Below the pieces are notes generated by a model. It was not told the DNA's origin, made no database searches, and worked only from the letters and a program-made list of their open reading frames with translations. The position numbers and the translations under genes were made by a program. A stretch of 64,000 nt of DNA. Source: an uncultured delta proteobacterium. Lineage in GTDB: Bacteria > Desulfobacterota > Desulfomonilia > UBA1062. The DNA lies in assembly GCA_963798485.1 (NCBI GenBank), contig CAWCTR010000004.1, forward strand, positions 1 to 64,000, read 5' to 3'. Below are positions 9,729 through 18,367 of this stretch, one piece after another (the stretch's first letter is position 1; every line of letters begins with the position of its first letter).

Positions 9729-10868
9729 ATGTTAGGGGTATCTCTTACTGAAACGGTCAAAATATCTAATATAATTGATGATCTATATCGCGAAAAAGAA
9801 GCAAACAACAAATTAAGAAAGTCTGTAGTATTCATTGTTGGTAATGGCATCTATCCAGTAAACAATATTTTAAATGACAAAAGTAGGAATAAGATAGCTA
9901 AAAAGAAAAACATCAAATTAAATTTAAAAGAAGATAGATACCAGTTTAAGTGGCATTTATTTCAATACGCAAAATATTACACTGAAAATTATATGCCATC
10001 CTTTAGCCATTTTTTTATATTTCAACTGCTCAACGATGGCATATGTAAAAATGTTATTACAACAAATTATGATATGTATTTCGATTCAATCTGGAATAAG
10101 AACCCTACTCTAAAAATCCTACAAAATCCAATATTGTCTAAACAAGAGTATGATTGGGAAGGATACTATTCATCAAAATCCCAGAAGAAAGACGCAGCAT
10201 ACTGGAAAATTCATGGCTCCTTGAGCCATGTTATCTTTAAACAAAAAAAATTGACTGAGCATAAGTATATTTTTAAACTTCCAAGATTCATTGTATCTTC
10301 CAATAGTCCAACAATACAAAAAACATTTAGGATCGAAAGATTGTTACCTTGCTTAGATTATGAGCAAAAGGTATTTCCAAATACTATGTTTAATTGTAAT
10401 CATAAAGAATACCGCAAAAGATTTGAGCCTTACATAGATTGGGTATTCAATAATGATCGCGTATTATTTAAAAATGAAATTCAAAGAGCACTGAAAATAT
10501 TAAAAAAACCAAGTTCTATTGCTGCTATTATCTTGGTTGGATTAAGTGGATTTCATAGTCCTACATCCCATCCCTGGAATGAAGAGCTAGTAGAAGAATT
10601 GTCGGGTCTGCACAGAAATGGATTTGATAAAATATTCATGGCTGTTCATGAGAAACAATTTTTAAAAATTAATGGTAGAAATTATGGTTTTATGAAAAAA
10701 ATGTATCTCGATAACAAATGCTGGGTATATAAAGAAACAAGTGACTTTATAAACGGTATTTTAAGTTATTCAAATAAGATGCGATATAGTGAATTTAATG
10801 ATAATTATAAAAAGTGGCAAAGGTGGTATTTAGCAGGGAAAGAGCTTCAACCAAGTGGGAGGAAATGA
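9729..10868 (+). CDS. SIR2-like (sirtuin-fold) NAD-binding protein
   Basis: Motifs occur in sirtuin order: VVFIVGNG (GAG-equivalent), PSFSH, VITTNYD, YWKIHGSL (catalytic His), IILVGLS. Confidence 0.8.
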   Translation: MLGVSLTETVKISNIIDDLYREKEANNKLRKSVVFIVGNGIYPVNNILNDKSRNKIAKKKNIKLNLKEDRYQFKWHLFQYAKYYTENYMPSFSHFFIFQLLNDGICKNVITTNYDMYFDSIWNKNPTLKILQNPILSKQEYDWEGYYSSKSQKKDAAYWKIHGSLSHVIFKQKKLTEHKYIFKLPRFIVSSNSPTIQKTFRIERLLPCLDYEQKVFPNTMFNCNHKEYRKRFEPYIDWVFNNDRVLFKNEIQRALKILKKPSSIAAIILVGLSGFHSPTSHPWNEELVEELSGLHRNGFDKIFMAVHEKQFLKINGRNYGFMKKMYLDNKCWVYKETSDFINGILSYSNKMRYSEFNDNYKKWQRWYLAGKELQPSGRK

Positions 10869-13044
10869 TTTGAAACTAAGAGACCAAATTATTAAGGTTG
10901 TTTTACTTAAAGTAATGCCAGGCATGGAGCTCTTAGTTATTAAGTCAATACAGGAAGAGTTTCATTCTCAGGAAATGGATGATTCAAATTTCAAAATTTA
11001 CAGATTATTTGGCAACTATGATATATTAATAACTTATGAGACAGGTCCCGTCGGTAAAAGATTTGCTAGAGCTGGAACTATACCGTTTATAACCGGATCG
11101 AGAGAGTTCCTATGTTATAATTGGGTAATGCAAAATGATCGCAAAAGATGTGGCTTCGAGATAAATAAAATCGACAAACCATTATTAGCTACATGTTTTT
11201 TTAAGATTGACCCATTTCTTAATTCTATTGGAACAAACTTTGAGATCGGTTTCTCAAAGTATCTTGTTGAAAAAACACAAAATGTTCAATTCTTAGGAAC
11301 ATTAGGTTGGTCTGAATATATTTTATTTATCAATCATTCAAATTTAAATAATTTATTTGAAGAACTAGAAAATATCCTTAAAGTGGTAGTTAAGTATGAC
11401 GTAGATCATGATCACAATATTGCTGAAAAAACATTAAGCATTATTGGGTATGATGTAAAATTGGGTTATGATGATAGTTTGCCTCAAATTAATTTATCAT
11501 CAGTAGATGACAAAAATGAGATACAAGTTAATATCAAAATAGCCTGTAAACCAAGGTGCATGGAAGATGTTAGGAACTCTGCGGTAGATCTTTTTAAAGT
11601 TAATAAAGATGAAGTTGGGGTACTTCTTGGCGTAAATGATCTTGAATTCCAGATAGATAAAGATAAAATATCTTCACTAAATTCGTTAGTAAGTACATTG
11701 GATAAATTTCGTGAATTTAATCAGACAAACCTACTTAGAACCTATACAGATTTACAGTATAAAAGGAAAGTTGGTAAATTCTCAAAAGAAAATCAGCCAC
11801 GTTTTTATAATCCAATTATCGTTGAACTAACCAAAGGTGATATCGACCAAATATTGAAAATTGAATATATTGGCGGGGAAATTATTAATACCATTTATTA
11901 TTTCAATAACTTAATTCAAAATGAACTATTAACAGAAACATATGAAGATTTATTAAGAAATGTCCAACAATTAAAATCTAGGGCTCTAACTTTATCGACG
12001 AAAGAGTTAACTTTCAGCAACAAAGAAGAATTGATAGAAAAAATATTTTATCTACAATATGCATTATATGAAAGGGCTCAGGGTGTTTATGTTGGTATAG
12101 AGGAAGCTCCATTAGGCTCTGTTCCATTTAGTGCTGGGAATCAAAGATTCTTAAAAGCGCTTGAAGTATATCCACATATAATTTTAAAACGATTAAATCT
12201 ACAATGGAATGGTTACTGTGTAGTTAGCTATAATTCAACAAAATATCAACACTCTTATGAAATAATTATAGTTCCCACTATTGCGGCTAAGAATCCGTGG
12301 ATGCATTGGGGTTTAACCCATGAAATAATGCATGTGTTGCTTTTTGAAAATCATAAAGTTTTAGATTTCAATGACGCACTACAGAACCAAATGAGCTTGG
12401 ATTTATTGGAGGAAGTTGTATGTGACATTTTAGATTACATAATATCATGTCCTCTCAGCATTAATAAATATCTGAATATAGTCTGGTCTTATATAAAAGG
12501 GCACTTATTTAATTATAATAATCAGATTAAATCGTACCTTATAAGAAGCTTCTCAGTATTTGTTTTTAATGATATTTTTTTAAAAAACAAAAATATTGAT
12601 ACTTACTTCAACTTAAACAACATTATTAATAAATTTGATATTTTTATAGGAATAATAAATGAACATATACCCCCTAATGTTCTTGATACCTATGAAGATA
12701 ACCAGGCTACCCTAAGAGAGAATACAATATATTCATTTGATAGGATACGAGATGTGATCATTTCATTACATAATAAATTAAACGAGATGGATGTTCAGAT
12801 TAATTTATCAAAAAATCCTAAGATTATAAAGACATTAATAAAATCTCTTAAAAGACTTAAAGATGGATTTATCATTGAACCTGAATACATACAATATGCT
12901 GATCTAATTGCTTGGTTAATAAGAGATCAAGGTCAAGATTCAATTGGTCAAATAGGCACACTCGCATATATTTTATCTCTTTGGAATTATTATAGTGTAT
13001 CAAATTTAGGTTTTAACTTGTCCACAATATGGACAAAGGATTGA
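10855..13044 (+). CDS. 729-aa hypothetical protein: putative Lrp/AsnC-like repeats plus HExxH zinc-metallopeptidase-like domain
   Basis: THEIMH at 12316-12333 with downstream EEVVCD (12409-12426). N-terminal motifs LFGNYDILI, TLGWSEYIL and LLGVNDLEF. Overlaps the SIR2 stop by 14 bp. The CDS itself is solid; the function is inferred. Confidence 0.6.
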   Translation: MGGNDLKLRDQIIKVVLLKVMPGMELLVIKSIQEEFHSQEMDDSNFKIYRLFGNYDILITYETGPVGKRFARAGTIPFITGSREFLCYNWVMQNDRKRCGFEINKIDKPLLATCFFKIDPFLNSIGTNFEIGFSKYLVEKTQNVQFLGTLGWSEYILFINHSNLNNLFEELENILKVVVKYDVDHDHNIAEKTLSIIGYDVKLGYDDSLPQINLSSVDDKNEIQVNIKIACKPRCMEDVRNSAVDLFKVNKDEVGVLLGVNDLEFQIDKDKISSLNSLVSTLDKFREFNQTNLLRTYTDLQYKRKVGKFSKENQPRFYNPIIVELTKGDIDQILKIEYIGGEIINTIYYFNNLIQNELLTETYEDLLRNVQQLKSRALTLSTKELTFSNKEELIEKIFYLQYALYERAQGVYVGIEEAPLGSVPFSAGNQRFLKALEVYPHIILKRLNLQWNGYCVVSYNSTKYQHSYEIIIVPTIAAKNPWMHWGLTHEIMHVLLFENHKVLDFNDALQNQMSLDLLEEVVCDILDYIISCPLSINKYLNIVWSYIKGHLFNYNNQIKSYLIRSFSVFVFNDIFLKNKNIDTYFNLNNIINKFDIFIGIINEHIPPNVLDTYEDNQATLRENTIYSFDRIRDVIISLHNKLNEMDVQINLSKNPKIIKTLIKSLKRLKDGFIIEPEYIQYADLIAWLIRDQGQDSIGQIGTLAYILSLWNYYSVSNLGFNLSTIWTKD

Positions 13045-13170
13045 GATCTTGTACTCTTTCGAAGTCTTACAGAGAACATAAGACATGGAATTCGATATAA
13101 GAATATATAAATAATTAATGATTGTCAATTGATATTGATTATTTGTGATGAAATGTAATCCTTATGAGAA

Positions 13171-13219
13171 AGGATTCCTAATCCTGGTGTCGCAAGTTCG
13201 ATCCTTGCCGGGGGCACTT
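13171..13219 (+). repeat. attR-like 49-bp direct repeat (duplicated tRNA-Arg 3' half)
   Basis: Identical to 8913-8961. Lacks the 5' half of the tRNA. Confidence 0.95.
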
Positions 13220-13293
13220 TTCTGGTGCAGGTAAATTTACTCAAACCATCACGCAAGATCTTCCTGCCCGGCTTGGTCTGGTATCGTGCAATC

Positions 13294-14145
13294 TTAGGTG
13301 CGAAGGCAAATATAAGTCCCACAGCGGCTGATAAAACCATCCTTTTCAAGGTCTCTTATAATCTCATCGCCGCGGGCAGGATTTATCCCCAGGAGGGTGA
13401 TCAGCTCATGTTCTTCCCCAGTCCCGTTATTGAGGAGATGCTTGAGTATTGCACCCCTGACCTGCCGGTTGGATCCCTCAAAGGGTGCTTGACGCGAGTA
13501 GTGGGCGCTTTTCCTGTTGGGGTTTGCCCCCTGTTTTTTGAGCATGGCGCCGTAGTCCATGAGGGCATAGTACCAGTGACGAGGGTTTTCGTGATCAAGC
13601 GTCTTTTCTACAAGCGGCATGATCTCTTTGTCTTGAATGTCTGTTCTATCCTGAAAGAAGAAGTGGATGAATACCCGCCTTATATTGGTCTCGATGAATA
13701 CGCCGGGCTTATTGAAGGCAAAGGCGAGGATGGCCCCGGCCGTTGCCATACCGATACCGGGCAATCGAATAAGCTCGCAGAATGTTTCAGGGATCTTGCC
13801 TGAGTATCGGCTTATAATTTCCCCAGCGGTTTCTTTCAGATTTATTGCCCTTCTGTTGTATCCGAGTCCCTGCCAGGCAGCGAGCACATCTTTGAGGCTT
13901 GCCCGGGAGAGTGTTTGAAAATCCGGAAATCTTGTAATGAAAGGGCCGTACTTTAGCAGGACACGTTCCGTCTGTGTCTGCTGGAGCATGAATTCCGAGA
14001 CGAGTATGCAATAAGGATCAAACGTATCCCGCCACGGCATACCCCTTTTGTTCTCATTATAATAGCGCATTATCTGTTGTTGAAAGGTATTGATGCGCTT
14101 GCGGGACAGTCTCGATTCAGGAATGGTGGCACGCAGTACAGTCAT
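13294..14145 (-). CDS. mutY: A/G-specific adenine glycosylase (short MutY, HhH-GPD)
   Basis: MPWR...DPY.ILVSEFMLQQTQ; WQGLGYNRRA; HhH LPGIG..TA; IETNIRRV; ALMDYGA. Start uncertain. Confidence 0.85.
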   Translation of the reverse strand: MTVLRATIPESRLSRKRINTFQQQIMRYYNENKRGMPWRDTFDPYCILVSEFMLQQTQTERVLLKYGPFITRFPDFQTLSRASLKDVLAAWQGLGYNRRAINLKETAGEIISRYSGKIPETFCELIRLPGIGMATAGAILAFAFNKPGVFIETNIRRVFIHFFFQDRTDIQDKEIMPLVEKTLDHENPRHWYYALMDYGAMLKKQGANPNRKSAHYSRQAPFEGSNRQVRGAILKHLLNNGTGEEHELITLLGINPARGDEIIRDLEKDGFISRCGTYICLRT

Positions 14146-14349
14146 AGTTGGTAGAGAACCATAGTATACCGCAATCTTCCCTATCAAGCCATGGGTGATT
14201 TCGGCGCATACCGAGGGCCAGGATTTTCAGGAGAACCACAACAACACAAATCATCCTATCATCTGGACATCATTATCATTCGTAGCGTATTATTATCCCG
14301 GTACCCAAGTGCCGCTGCTTGATGGATTTGATTGATAAGGGGGTAGCAC

Positions 14350-15549
14350 ATGAGTGACTTCTTTCAATGCGGGAGCATCGGAACGCTCCACCAGATCAGC
14401 TCGGTAAATCTTGAAAGGCTGGAGGATGAGCTTAGACAGTATGTCCGCTTCAAGCCTGTCTCGTTGATCCTGCCCTGCCAGTATTCAGAGATCACAGGAA
14501 CTGCTTTGGCCGGAATCGTGGAGCACTTGAAAGGCGCAGATTATGTGAAGCGGATTGTGGTGACCTTAGACGGCGCAAAAGGCGACGGCTTTGCCAGGAC
14601 AAAGGAATTCTTCTCGGGCCTGCCCCAGGAAACCGTGATCATCTGGAACAACTCGCCGTCCATGGAGTCCTTCTACTCGCGCCTGTGGACCGAAGGCCTG
14701 GTGGATACGGCAAGCGGCAAGGGAAGGAGCCTCTGGATGGCTATCGGCTACCTCCTTGCCCGTCACGACACAGAGGTGATTGCCGTGCACGATTCCGACA
14801 TCCTCACCTACGAACGCTCACTCTTGGTCCGGCTCATCTATCCGCTTGTACACCCGAGCATGGAGTATGAGTTCGCCAAGGGCTACTATGCCCGAGTGAC
14901 CAACCGTCTCCACGGCAGGGTCATGCGGTTGTTCGTAATCCCGCTTATCAGGGCGCTGAAGACTACTGTGGGGACGCTGCCCTACCTGGAATATCTGGAC
15001 TCGTTCCGCTATCCCATATCCGGCGAGTTTGCCGGACACGCCGACCTCATGCGCGTGAGCAGGGTGCCAGCCTCCTGGGGCCTGGAGATCGGCATGCTGG
15101 AGGAGGTTTACCGCAACTGTGCACAGAGACGCGTCTGCCAGGTAGACCTCTCCATAGAATACGAGCACATCCATCTGGAATTATCGGATAAAGACCCCAG
15201 CAAGGGCCTCCACAAGATGTGTATCGACATAGCCTGCACCTTGTTTCATGCCCTGGCCGCACAGGGCATCTCTTTTTCCGAAGCCACGTTCAGGTCATTG
15301 AAGGTTGCCTATCAGCTTATTGCCCAGGACATGATACGGTACTACGAAGACGATGCGGCCATCAACGGCCTGCTCTTTGACCGGCATTCCGAGGAGATTG
15401 CGGTAGAGACCTTCACCAAGGGCCTTTATATCGCCACCATGGAATTCATTGAAGACCCACTGGTGGTCCATTTCATCCCGAGCTGGTCCCGGGCAAGCTC
15501 GGCATTGCCGGGGATAACATCAGAGCTGGTTGACATCGTGGAGGGCTGA
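14350..15549 (+). CDS. Glucosyl-3-phosphoglycerate synthase-like glycosyltransferase (GT-A)
   Basis: MSDFFQ.G.I.TLH N-terminus; GKGRSLW; HDSDI; FAKGYYAR; GRV.RL; FRYP.SGEF; WGLEIG.L.E. Typical of the GpgS-like family. Confidence 0.75.
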   Translation: MSDFFQCGSIGTLHQISSVNLERLEDELRQYVRFKPVSLILPCQYSEITGTALAGIVEHLKGADYVKRIVVTLDGAKGDGFARTKEFFSGLPQETVIIWNNSPSMESFYSRLWTEGLVDTASGKGRSLWMAIGYLLARHDTEVIAVHDSDILTYERSLLVRLIYPLVHPSMEYEFAKGYYARVTNRLHGRVMRLFVIPLIRALKTTVGTLPYLEYLDSFRYPISGEFAGHADLMRVSRVPASWGLEIGMLEEVYRNCAQRRVCQVDLSIEYEHIHLELSDKDPSKGLHKMCIDIACTLFHALAAQGISFSEATFRSLKVAYQLIAQDMIRYYEDDAAINGLLFDRHSEEIAVETFTKGLYIATMEFIEDPLVVHFIPSWSRASSALPGITSELVDIVEG

Positions 15550-15667
15550 TCAGACCGGGGGAGGAATGGTTGCATCCGTTCCATACCGCGCCCTTTTCCA
15601 TGCCCTTGACCTGTCGGACACTCCATGTATAAGGTACTGGTAAAATCATGAGATATAAAGGATCACC

Positions 15668-17170
15668 TTGTCCATCAAGACCGACGTGATCATTATCGGG
15701 GGTGGCGCCACCGGATGCGGGATCGCCCGGGACTTGGCGTTGCGTGGCGTGCACCACTGCCTGGTCGAAAAGGGTGACTTCGCCTCGGGTGCTACCGGGG
15801 CATGCCATGGTCTGCTCCACAGCGGGGGCCGCTATGTCGTGAATGACCCTGAAGCGGCCCGTGAATGCATTACCGAGAACACGATCCTCAGAAAGATAGC
15901 CCAGAAGTGTGTTGAGGCCACTGGGGGCCTGTTCGTACGCCTGCCCGGCGACTCCAAGCGCTATAGGGACCGGTTCCTGAAGGGCTGCGAGGAGGTCGGC
16001 ATTGAGACAAGCGTTCTCTCACCGAGCAAGGCCCTTGACCTGGTGCCGAACCTGAACCCTGCCATGGAAGAGGCCGTCATGGTGCCCGACTGCTCCATCG
16101 ACCCCTTCAGGCTCTGCATGCTGAACGCCTACACCTCGCGCCACAGGGGCGGCAACATCCTGACCCACCATGAGGTCATCGAGATCATCAAGGAAAAGGG
16201 CGTGTGCGTGGGGGTGAAGGCCAGGGAACGCCTCACCGCCCGGATCAAGGAGATCAGGGCGCGCATCATTATCAATGCAACCGGCGCTTGGGGCGACAAA
16301 CTGGCCCGCCTTGGAGGCGCTGAAGTCCCCATGACCCTATCCAAGGGCAGCCTTATCATCTCGAACCACCGGCTCACCAATATGGTTATCAACAGGCTCA
16401 GGGTGCCTTCGGACGGCGACATCATCGTACCCAACGAGGCGGTATGCCTTGCAGGCACCACCTCCATCACCGTAAAAGACCCGGACGTGCTGGAGATTGA
16501 CCCCTCAGAGGTGGATGTCGTGGCAGGTGAGGTCGAGAAGATGATCCCCAGTTTCGGCACCACCAGGCTGATCCGGGCCTACACCGGGGTGAGGCCGCTG
16601 CTCAAGGCATCCGGCACCGACGGCAGGTCCATCTCGCGCAGCTTCAAGATCATCGACCACGAAAACGGCATGTTCAGCATCCTGGGCGGTAAGCTGACCA
16701 CCTACCGTCTTATGGCAGAGAAGATGGTGGATGTCATAATGGAAAAATTCGCCTTGAGGGCCGCCTGCAGGACCGCAGAGCTGCCCCTGGAAGGACAGGA
16801 TGAGCTCAGCGGCTATCCGCTTTCAAAGAGGCTCTCCACCATGGACGACATAGTATGCGAGTGCGAGCTTGTGCCCAGGCGCATTGTTGAGCACGCCATC
16901 AACACCATGGGCACCCATTATGTGGGCGATATACAGCACAGGACCCGGCTGGGCATGGGCCCCTGCCAGGGGGGGTTCTGCACCTACCGCGCGCTGGGCA
17001 TCATGCAGGAGCTTGGCAAGGTAAGCCCCGAGTTGTCGATCAAGATCCTGAACGAGTTTCTCCAGAGGCGGTTCAAGGGGATCAGGCCTGCGCTGTGGGG
17101 CGACCAGCTCCGGGAAGAGCAGCTCATCGAGAGTATCTACCTCGGCATACTCAACATGGAGAACGCTTAA
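15668..17170 (+). CDS. glpA: Anaerobic glycerol-3-phosphate dehydrogenase subunit A
   Basis: IIGGGATGCGIARDLALRG; GATGACHGLLHSGGRY; GGKLTTYRLMAE; C-terminal CECE...RTRLGMGPCQG..C (BFD-like). Confidence 0.92.
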   Translation: MSIKTDVIIIGGGATGCGIARDLALRGVHHCLVEKGDFASGATGACHGLLHSGGRYVVNDPEAARECITENTILRKIAQKCVEATGGLFVRLPGDSKRYRDRFLKGCEEVGIETSVLSPSKALDLVPNLNPAMEEAVMVPDCSIDPFRLCMLNAYTSRHRGGNILTHHEVIEIIKEKGVCVGVKARERLTARIKEIRARIIINATGAWGDKLARLGGAEVPMTLSKGSLIISNHRLTNMVINRLRVPSDGDIIVPNEAVCLAGTTSITVKDPDVLEIDPSEVDVVAGEVEKMIPSFGTTRLIRAYTGVRPLLKASGTDGRSISRSFKIIDHENGMFSILGGKLTTYRLMAEKMVDVIMEKFALRAACRTAELPLEGQDELSGYPLSKRLSTMDDIVCECELVPRRIVEHAINTMGTHYVGDIQHRTRLGMGPCQGGFCTYRALGIMQELGKVSPELSIKILNEFLQRRFKGIRPALWGDQLREEQLIESIYLGILNMENA

Positions 17171-18367
17171 GTGAATACGCTTATGCACGATGCGGTGGTC
17201 ATCGGCGGCGGGATCTCAGGGCTCATGGCATCCATCTACCTTGCAGGCAAGGGAGTCAAGACAGCGCTCATCTCCCGGGGAGACCCGGTGTGCTGCCTGT
17301 CTACAGGCTGCATCGACGTACTTTCCGCCGCCGCTCACCCGCTGGATGGTTTTGGTGATCTGCCTGAAAAGCACCCCTACCATCTCGTGGGCAAGAAGGG
17401 TGTTGAGGAGGCATGCAAGTTATTCAAGGAGATCATGTCGAAGAGCCCCATCCCCTATGTGGGCAGTATCAGAAAGAACCGTGAGATCCTTACGCCCATA
17501 GGCACCTTCAAGACCACGTGCCTTGTCCCCCAAACCATGGCGGCCTCCCTTGGGTGCAGGGACGAATACGTGCACGTGATATCCTTTAGCGGGATCAAAG
17601 ACTTTTACCCTTCCTATATCACATCCAAGCTGAGCAACACCGGGTTTTCTCTCTACAGTGCCGGGGTATCCTCAACACTTGCCATTGCCGCCCGGTTCGA
17701 GGAAAAGGGCTTTGCCGCGGACTTTGCCGACTGGATCGCAGGCCTCGAACTGCCGCCTGGCAAGGTGGCCTTGCCGGCGGTTCTGGGGGTCAATAACCCT
17801 GTAGCCATCATGGAGGAGATCTCTTCACGCATCGGAAGGGAGGTGTTCGAGATCCCCACCCTGCCGCCGTCCATCCCGGGCTTGAGGCTTTTCCGGGCGC
17901 TTAAGGCCGCCTTCCAGGACCTTGGCGGGGATGTCTTCTGGGGTATGCCCATCAGCAGCGTGGAACGCCATGGCCGCATCATAGAGGCCGTGACTTTAGC
18001 CACCTCGGCCAGGGCTACTCGCGTGCAGGGCAAGGCCTTTATCCTGGCGACAGGCTCATTCGTGAGCGGGGGCCTTTTTGCCACGAGGGATTCGGTTTAT
18101 GAGACCGTGTTCGGCATCCCCGTGCATGTGCCCGGTGCCAGGAAAGACTGGTTCTGGAACGACTTTTTCACTGCCGGGCATCCCATTGAAGAGGCCGGGA
18201 TCGAGGTGGATTCATCCTTCAGGCCGAAACAGACAACCATGGAAAACCTCTTCGTATGCGGGAGCATCCTTGCCAGAAGCGAGGTCATGAAGAACCACTG
18301 CGGTCACGGCCTTGCCCTGGCCACAGGCCTGAAGGCCGCCAAGATGTGCGAGAGGATTCTCACATGA
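17171..18367 (+). CDS. glpB: Anaerobic glycerol-3-phosphate dehydrogenase subunit B
   Basis: VIGGGISG; EIPTLPPSIPGLRL; ILATGSFVSGGL; CGHGLALATG. Lies between glpA and glpC. Confidence 0.9.
   Translation: MNTLMHDAVVIGGGISGLMASIYLAGKGVKTALISRGDPVCCLSTGCIDVLSAAAHPLDGFGDLPEKHPYHLVGKKGVEEACKLFKEIMSKSPIPYVGSIRKNREILTPIGTFKTTCLVPQTMAASLGCRDEYVHVISFSGIKDFYPSYITSKLSNTGFSLYSAGVSSTLAIAARFEEKGFAADFADWIAGLELPPGKVALPAVLGVNNPVAIMEEISSRIGREVFEIPTLPPSIPGLRLFRALKAAFQDLGGDVFWGMPISSVERHGRIIEAVTLATSARATRVQGKAFILATGSFVSGGLFATRDSVYETVFGIPVHVPGARKDWFWNDFFTAGHPIEEAGIEVDSSFRPKQTTMENLFVCGSILARSEVMKNHCGHGLALATGLKAAKMCERILT

Larger units (their letters stand above)
8962..13219. mobile_element. 4.26-kb AT-rich genomic islet integrated at tRNA-Arg(CCT); no integrase gene
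   Basis: Flanked by the perfect 49-bp repeat. GC drops sharply: sampled 60-bp lines are 15-38% GC, against visibly >50% in the flanking genes. Contains three co-oriented ORFs. Confidence 0.9.

Noticed and set aside
9465-13044. Assignment to Thoeris, DSR, SIR2-HerA, SPARSA or a radical-SAM/HExxH RiPP cluster
   Set aside because: No TIR, SLOG, Walker A, PIWI or CxxxCxxC motif is recognisable, and there is no transporter.
13171-13219. Second tRNA-Arg gene
   Set aside because: Only the 3' half is present (no 5' acceptor strand or D arm); it is an att repeat.
13225-13803. 192-aa plus-strand ORF
   Set aside because: Antisense shadow of mutY with no motifs.
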